Shown here: piece by piece, positions 55,490-64,000 of the stretch
How the letters are laid out: the number at the start of each line of letters is the position of its first letter
Numbering within the stretch: the stretch's first letter is position 1
Source of the DNA: Candidatus Endomicrobiellum cryptotermitis
GTDB lineage: Bacteria; Elusimicrobiota; Endomicrobiia; Endomicrobiales; Endomicrobiaceae
DNA: 64,000 nt
NCBI GenBank assembly: GCA_031257835.1
Contig: JAIRNY010000026.1
Coordinates: forward strand, 43,025 to 107,024
Direction of reading: 5' to 3'
Notes under the pieces: generated by a model
What the model saw: only the letters and a program-made list of their open reading frames with translations
What the model was told of the DNA's origin: nothing
The model's database searches: none
Translations under genes and position numbers: made by a program

Positions 55490-55513
55490 AGATTAATAAA
55501 TCAATAATTATTC

Positions 55514-55550
55514 CTCCCCCTCCTTGTGATTGACAAAGAGGAGGGGATTT
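55514..55550. terminator. Imperfect GC-rich hairpin between convergent pseudogenes
   Basis: CTCCCCCTCCTTGT..ACAAAGAGGAGGGGA followed by TTT. Confidence 0.4.
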
Positions 55551-55578
55551 AATATTTTAATCTTGACACAAACTCCTA

Positions 55579-56064
55579 TCAGTTAAATATTAGAATAAAT
55601 AAAACTTTTTTGTCTTTGGTATCCTTGCGACTGACTTTGTACAGTAAAAACGCTTCCTGGCAAAATGTTTTTCCTATATTTCCCATTGCATAAGTTATAA
55701 ATCTATTTAACAAATCCACTTCATTGATTTGCCTTCGTTTCATAATATCTTTTAACACGATTGTACTAAATAAATCTTCAAGATACTGTTTGCTAGGTTC
55801 TTTTTGATTTAAGCGAAGATATTCCGCAAGTGAAAACGGATATACTACAAATTTAATATATCTCCCCGAAATCAATGTTGAAAGCTCGCTCGAAAGCATT
55901 TTGGCATTTGCACCCGTAATGTAAATATCGTAATTGGTCTTAACTCTTAAAGAGTTAACGCATTTTTCCCAATTTTCAACTTCTTGAATTTCATCTAATA
56001 AAAGGTAGGCAGAGCCGTTAATTTCGCTTAAAAATATTAAACCACTCTTACAATGGAATGGCAA
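55579..56064 (-). pseudogene. AAA_14/DUF4143-type ATPase remnant
   Basis: YLLLDEIQEV..WE..VNSL..IYITGANAKMLSSELSTLISGRY..VYPFS..EY; Walker A and C-terminus missing; internal deletions. Confidence 0.82.
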
Positions 56065-56298
56065 GATTTTTATTCAATGCATTGAATAAAAATATAAAAA
56101 GATGATTTTGTTTCATCGCAGTAAAAGAATAATATACTCATGATTGAGCAAATCTATCATATTATTGACAATAGTGGTTTAATATTTTTAGTTGGCCTAA
56201 CCTGGTTTAAAGGGGAAGGCAGAATTTTTTCATAAAATTTTCAGTTTATGAAAACTCCCAACAGGAAATTTAGGTGACAAAGGAAAGTGTTATAGTTT

Positions 56299-56580
56299 GA
56301 TCTAGTTAAGTATCTTACCTTCGTTACTAGAGTGACTCACTAAGGTTAGCAATCCCAAGCGCATATCCTTACTATGCCTTTTTAGACACTTCTGTGTTAA
56401 AAACTTGGGTTTATGACACGATAAACCCTGCGTTTTTTGCCTTGCAGTGTCAAAAAATTCACAGCAATTATAGGCATTAGGATTTTTTAAAGAGACCCTC
56501 TTTTGCAATATTAAAATATTAAATGTTTATTTCCCCTATGCCGTTTTTTAGGTAACTACGATAAAATTCTAAACTAGACC
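56299..56580 (-). mobile_element. Family 2 repeat (reverse orientation) containing a nested family 1 element at about 56351-56498
   Basis: Ends GATCTAGTTAAGTATCTTA..GTTACTAGAG and GGTAACTACGATAAAATTCTAAACTAGACC match family 2; the interior aligns to about 6140-6288. Confidence 0.75.
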
Positions 56581-56586
56581 TGCTTA

Positions 56587-57951
56587 TTAATTATTGCGTA
56601 TTTTTTTAGTTATTTGATTAATTTTTGCGTTAAAGTATGGGTCTGTGTCTATCTTTTCCTTTATTTTATTGCAAGCATGCATTACTGTTGAGTGGTCTCT
56701 GCCGCCAAAAGCGTCCCCTATAGCATTTGTTGAAAACTCGTCAGTTAATATGCGCGCTAAATACATGGCTATCTGCCTTGGGAAAGCAACAGAGTCTGTT
56801 CTACGTTTTGATTTCATATCTTTAATGTCAAGATTAAACTCATCTGCAACAACTCGCTGTATACTTTCTATTGTAATTCGGGTAGAATCGTCTATTTTAA
56901 TAATATCGTGCAATATTTTTTGTACAGAATCCACTGTAAGAGGTGTGCCAGTAAATAAAGAAAATGCAGTAATTCTAAGCAAAGAGCCTTCTAGCTGCCT
57001 TATATTAGATTTAATTTGTGAAGCTATATAAATAACAACATCGTCTGGAATATATATTTTTTCCTCTTCTGCCTTTTTCCGCAATATTGCTATTCTTGTT
57101 TCTAAATCTGGAGGTTGTATGTCAGCAATAATACCCCACTCAAACCTAGAAATTAGTCTTTCTTCAACACCTTCAAGTTCTTTAGGTGGCCTATCTGAAG
57201 AAACAACAACCTGTTTTTTAGAATTAAAAAGATTGTTAAACATATGAAAAAATTCTTCTTGAGAACTTTCCTTCCCCATCAAAAACTGTATATCATCTAT
57301 TAATAAACAGTCTAACCCTCTATATTTACTTTTAAAAGACGAAATTTTATCAAACCTTATAGATTCTATAAACTCTGTAACAAACTTTTCGCAAGTTACA
57401 TACATTACTTTTGATTTTGGGGTTGTTTGTTTTATGTAGTTGCCTATAGCGTGTAACAAATGAGTTTTGCCTAGCCCTACACCGCTATACATAAACAAAG
57501 GGTTAAACTGTTTACCTGGACTTTTTGCCACAGCTTCGCAACAACCGTGAGCAAACCTGTTTGAAGCGCCAACAACAAAACCTGGAAAAACGTATTTAGG
57601 GTTTATTTGATCTTTTTGTAGTACTGCTGACTGTTGAATAGACATTTGTACGTCTGCATGTTCAGGGGTATCTTCTGCTTTTTTTATTGCTTGTGACAAA
57701 TCTTGTTGCGGTTTAAATTCTATTGTTATTGTGTTGCCACATTCTGAAGATATTATCTGTTCTATATTTCTTTGCTGATTTTTTGATATCCATTGCGAAA
57801 AATAAATGTTTGGCACTTCTAAAGTAAAAATATTATTTTCTAAAGCTATAGGTTTTAATGGCACTATCCACAAATTGTATGTTTCTGCAGTAACAGACGA
57901 TTTAATGTTATCCACTACTTTTTCCCATATACTACAAACTGAATTGTTCAT
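56587..57951 (-). CDS. dnaA: Chromosomal replication initiator DnaA
   Basis: NPLFMY.GVGLGKTHL, LLIDDIQF, SDRPP, SRFEWG, RQIAMYL, GGRDHSTVMHA. Confidence 0.98.
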   Translation of the reverse strand: MNNSVCSIWEKVVDNIKSSVTAETYNLWIVPLKPIALENNIFTLEVPNIYFSQWISKNQQRNIEQIISSECGNTITIEFKPQQDLSQAIKKAEDTPEHADVQMSIQQSAVLQKDQINPKYVFPGFVVGASNRFAHGCCEAVAKSPGKQFNPLFMYSGVGLGKTHLLHAIGNYIKQTTPKSKVMYVTCEKFVTEFIESIRFDKISSFKSKYRGLDCLLIDDIQFLMGKESSQEEFFHMFNNLFNSKKQVVVSSDRPPKELEGVEERLISRFEWGIIADIQPPDLETRIAILRKKAEEEKIYIPDDVVIYIASQIKSNIRQLEGSLLRITAFSLFTGTPLTVDSVQKILHDIIKIDDSTRITIESIQRVVADEFNLDIKDMKSKRRTDSVAFPRQIAMYLARILTDEFSTNAIGDAFGGRDHSTVMHACNKIKEKIDTDPYFNAKINQITKKIRNN

Positions 57952-57963
57952 ATAATCCCCAAG

Positions 57964-57983
57964 TTATCCACAAGTGTTGATAA
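57964..57983. promoter_or_regulatory. DnaA boxes upstream of dnaA
   Basis: TTATCCACA (57964-57972) and a variant TGTTGATAA (57975-57983). Confidence 0.75.
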
Positions 57984-58035
57984 GTTATTAGTCGTATACA
58001 TTTTCTTGATTTAAAAAATATTAAAAATTACAACA

Positions 58036-58827
58036 TTACACTCGACGAATTGTATACTTTTTTATTTCCATTGTCAAACTTAAAAAGTCTGAAACGCTAA
58101 GGTTCCCAGGTCTTAAAAGAGGTGATATTTTTAAGTTATCCACAATCTCTAAACCCTTACTTTTATCCAACTCTTTAAATGATGCTATTGCATTTAAAAT
58201 CGTCTTCCTACGCATACTAAAAGCATGTTTTACAAACTCAAAAAGTAGAGGGTCCGGTTCTTTATACATTTTGTTTTTAAGTTTTACAACTGAAGAAACT
58301 ACTTTTGGTTTAGGTTTAAAATATTTTGGAGAAACGTCAAACAATATCTCACTTTCAGTATAATAAGATGCAAATATTGAAATATATCCATAATCTTTAC
58401 TGCCAGGTTTTGCTGCTAAACGGGACACAACCTCTTTTTGTAACATAAAAACTGCTTCACACCAGTTGTTTAAAGGTAACACTTTTTGAACTATCGCAGT
58501 ACCAACATTATAAGGTAAGTTTGAAATGATCTTTAAATTACTATGTTCTTCTAACATTTTATATTTAAGAAAGTCTTCATTAACAATTTTTACATTTTTT
58601 ACATTATTAGACGCAAAGTAGCGTTTTAAACTGTCCACTAGCTGCAAATCTATATCTATACAAGTAAGAAACTTAACTCTTGGTTGCACTAGTTTAGTTA
58701 AGATGCCTTTTCCCGGTCCGATTTCTAAAACATTGTCAATTGCACTTAAACTTAAATTTAAAGATCTCACAATATTTTTTGCGATATTATTGTCAACTAA
58801 AAAGTTCTGGCCATATTTTTGTCCCAT
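58036..58827 (-). CDS. rsmA: 16S rRNA adenine dimethyltransferase RsmA/KsgA
   Basis: GQNFL, LEIGPGKG.LT, SNLPYN, MLQKEV, F.P.PKV.S. Confidence 0.96.
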   Translation of the reverse strand: MGQKYGQNFLVDNNIAKNIVRSLNLSLSAIDNVLEIGPGKGILTKLVQPRVKFLTCIDIDLQLVDSLKRYFASNNVKNVKIVNEDFLKYKMLEEHSNLKIISNLPYNVGTAIVQKVLPLNNWCEAVFMLQKEVVSRLAAKPGSKDYGYISIFASYYTESEILFDVSPKYFKPKPKVVSSVVKLKNKMYKEPDPLLFEFVKHAFSMRRKTILNAIASFKELDKSKGLEIVDNLKISPLLRPGNLSVSDFLSLTMEIKKYTIRRV

Positions 58828-59138
58828 CTTAATATTATTACATATTATTAAAATTTTCTAAAGATTGCTCTGTTTTACTAAAACACCATTTTCCAACTTC
58901 TAACATACCAACTTTGAACTTATAAAACTGTGAATAACTTTTAAAAAATTGTATAATTAACTTGCTTGATAAAACTGTGAATAACTTTTAAACTTCATCA
59001 ACATAGTTATAACAAAAGACTTTTTTTAATTTATGTTGATAAGTATTGTTTTTTAGAGTTACCAAAAAGTTATCCACAATATACCAAGCATTATTATTAC
59101 TATTTCTAGTTTTTTCTTTAAAAACCATGGAGGGCTAA
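58828..59138. other. Probable oriC
   Basis: AT-rich intergenic region before dnaN with TGTGAATAA (58929, 58976) inside a 24-bp direct repeat, TGTTGATAA (about 59034) and TTATCCACA (59070-59078); gene strand bias flips here. Confidence 0.8.
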
Positions 59139-60260
59139 ATGAAGGTAATTTGTGGAAAAGATGAATTAATGAAAGGACTACAGATAGTATCTCCTATAGC
59201 ATCATCAAAAAGTACATTACCAGTGTTATCTAACTTTTTATTTGAAACAGACACAGATAAAATAAAACTTTCTTCAACAGATTTAGAAATAGCTGTACAA
59301 TGTTACATTAAAGGAGAAATCGTAGAAGAAGGTGGCATAACAATCCCAGCTAAACGGTTTGCTGACATAATAAAAGAACTTTCACCTGACCCAGAAATAG
59401 AAATAAAGGCAGATGATGCAAATCAGATTAATATAAAATCAGGCAAATCTAAGTTTAATCTTATGGGAATATCACAAAAAGAGTTTCCCGTACTACCTGA
59501 ATTTCCAAAAGACAACAATATAATTATAAAAAGAGGCATTTTTACATCTATGGTTAAAAAGACCATTTTTGCAGTGTCTAAAGATGCCCAGAGGTACGTT
59601 TTAAACGGCGTTTACGTCATAATAGAAGACTATAAGCTAAAGATGGTATCTACAGATGGGAGAAGGCTTGCTTATATAGAAGATAATAGTGTAAAAACTA
59701 ATGTAAAAGGTAAGGCTATAGTACCATCTAAAGCTATGACAGACATTTTAAGGCTTTTAACATCTGACGTGCAGTCAGAAGCAATAAAACTCGGTTTAAC
59801 AGATAATCAAATAGCTTTAGATATGGACGGTATTACGTTTCTGTCCACACTAATAGAGGGTACGTTTCCTAGCTATGAGCAAGTCATACCTAAAACAACT
59901 GAATCTAAAATTAGGTTAAACGTTAAAAACACGTTAGCGGCAGTAAAACAAATGTCTTTGCTTACCGCTGATAAAATTTCTTCAGATAGATCTACTGCGG
60001 TAAAATTTTATTTTAGTTCAAACAATTTAAAAATTTCAGCATCAACAGCTGGGCTTGGGTCCGGCGAGGTTGATTTAGAAGTTGAGTATAAAAATGAACC
60101 TACAGAGATAAACTTTAATCCTAACTTTGTAAAAGAAGTTTTACAAAACATAGATGAAGAGTTTATTATTTTTGAGTTTAAGAACGCGCTAAATCCTGCA
60201 AAAATTTACCCTGAGAACGACAAAAATTATCTTTGTGTTATTATGCCAATGAGAGTGTAG
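59139..60260 (+). CDS. dnaN: DNA polymerase III beta sliding clamp
   Basis: LPVLSN, STDLEI, RYVLNGV, STDGRRLA, G.FPSYEQVIP, VIMPMRV. Confidence 0.97.
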   Translation: MKVICGKDELMKGLQIVSPIASSKSTLPVLSNFLFETDTDKIKLSSTDLEIAVQCYIKGEIVEEGGITIPAKRFADIIKELSPDPEIEIKADDANQINIKSGKSKFNLMGISQKEFPVLPEFPKDNNIIIKRGIFTSMVKKTIFAVSKDAQRYVLNGVYVIIEDYKLKMVSTDGRRLAYIEDNSVKTNVKGKAIVPSKAMTDILRLLTSDVQSEAIKLGLTDNQIALDMDGITFLSTLIEGTFPSYEQVIPKTTESKIRLNVKNTLAAVKQMSLLTADKISSDRSTAVKFYFSSNNLKISASTAGLGSGEVDLEVEYKNEPTEINFNPNFVKEVLQNIDEEFIIFEFKNALNPAKIYPENDKNYLCVIMPMRV

Positions 60261-60264
60261 TTTT

Positions 60265-60537
60265 ATGGGGTGGACACAAGCTAGAGATATTATTAATTCT
60301 CTAAAAAAAAAGTTTGGTCTTGAAAGTGAATTTTTTACTATAACTAAAGTGTGGAAAAAAGAAGTAGGTATAGATGGTGTAGGTATAACAGGCTACAGAA
60401 ATGGTACAGTATTTGTAAAAACGCAAAGTTCTGTAGCTGGTTATGAATTTAATTTACGTAAAAAAGAAATAATTAGAAAGTTAAACCAATATGTTGGCAA
60501 AGTTGTAGTAAAAGATATTAAAGTAAAAATAATGTAA
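60265..60537 (+). CDS. DUF721 (DciA-like) protein
   Basis: W...VG..I..G.V.V...S.....KKEIIRKLN..VG pattern; located between dnaN and gyrB. Confidence 0.7.
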   Translation: MGWTQARDIINSLKKKFGLESEFFTITKVWKKEVGIDGVGITGYRNGTVFVKTQSSVAGYEFNLRKKEIIRKLNQYVGKVVVKDIKVKIM

Positions 60538-60573
60538 ATATTAATGCTAACTTATAAAGAGTGACAATCTTAA

Positions 60574-63216
<2,643 letters not shown>

Positions 63217-63244
63217 ATGTATAACGATAAATAAGAGGACAGAA

Positions 63245-64000
63245 ATGGCAAAAGATAAAGACACAAAAGAGTTGCAAGACTCGACATGTCTAGAAGTTGT
63301 TGCAGCAAACATTGTTCCAAGAAACATTGAAGATGAAATGAAGATCTCTTATATAGATTACGCTATGAGCGTAATTGTGGGGAGAGCTTTGCCGGACGTT
63401 AGAGATGGATTAAAGCCAGTGCATAGAAGAATACTTTATGCTATGAAAGAAATGGGGCTAAAGCATAACACGGCATACAAAAAATCAGCAAGAGTTGTTG
63501 GTGACGTTTTAGGTAAATATCATCCACATGGCGACTCTGCAGTTTATGGTGCAGTTGTAAGAATGGCACAAGACTTTTCTTTAAGATATCCAATGATAGA
63601 CGGACAAGGTAACTTTGGTAGCATAGACGGGGACTTTGCAGCAGCAATGCGTTATACCGAAGTTAGAATGGACAAAATTACAGATGAAATGCTTGCTGAT
63701 TTAGATAAAAACACTGTAGATTTTATACCAAACTATGACGGCTCTTTAAAAGAACCTTTAATTTTACCTACAAAATTGCCAAGTCTTTTAATTAACGGTT
63801 CTTCAGGTATTGCTGTAGGTATGGCAACTAATATACCTACACACAATTTGGCAGAAACTAGCGATGCGTTAGTTGCTTTAATAGACGATCCAGCCCTTCC
63901 TGTTAGCGAAATAGCCAGGTTTATTAAAGGGCCGGACTTCCCTACAGGGGCTATTATTCTAGGGAAAGGCGGAATTAAAGAGTATATGGAAAAAGGTAGA
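63245..64000 (+). CDS. gyrA: DNA gyrase subunit A (runs off the window end)
   Basis: [44 protein letters not shown]; RBS GAGGA. Confidence 0.97.
   Translation, partial: MAKDKDTKELQDSTCLEVVAANIVPRNIEDEMKISYIDYAMSVIVGRALPDVRDGLKPVHRRILYAMKEMGLKHNTAYKKSARVVGDVLGKYHPHGDSAVYGAVVRMAQDFSLRYPMIDGQGNFGSIDGDFAAAMRYTEVRMDKITDEMLADLDKNTVDFIPNYDGSLKEPLILPTKLPSLLINGSSGIAVGMATNIPTHNLAETSDALVALIDDPALPVSEIARFIKGPDFPTGAIILGKGGIKEYMEKGR

Noticed and set aside
56302-56508. 68-aa ORF
   Set aside because: Lies wholly within the nested palindromic repeats; no independent coding evidence.
58922-58992. 24-bp direct repeat as a mini-CRISPR
   Set aside because: Only two copies, each containing a DnaA-box variant in the origin region; no cas genes. 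No CRISPR array was seen in the window.

Overview
AT-rich bacterial chromosome segment containing the probable replication origin. dnaA and rsmA (minus strand) diverge from dnaN-DUF721-gyrB-gyrA, with clustered DnaA boxes between them. The window holds intact housekeeping genes (PBP1A, rng, typA, recG, glyA, argC, coaD, lptD, folC, accD, kdsD, nth, suhB, amtB/glnK), tRNA-Asp and tRNA-Ser, and many pseudogenes: GT8, HD-GYP, GrpB, a five-gene TolC/HlyD/ABC operon, ROK kinase, trpB, two AAA ATPases and an IS3 relic. This looks like a host-associated genome undergoing reduction; Endomicrobium-like (Elusimicrobiota) is my inference and was not verified by search. The standout is a secreted phage-tail-fibre-like protein gene (8818-9765) with a silent, inverted, in-frame alternative C-terminal tip (8215-8534). 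The two share a 123-bp inverted repeat (121/123 identical), so inverting the promoter plus constant region would swap the predicted receptor-binding tip. No recombinase gene was seen in the window. Two families of palindromic MITE-like repeats are also present, one copy nested inside the other next to dnaA.
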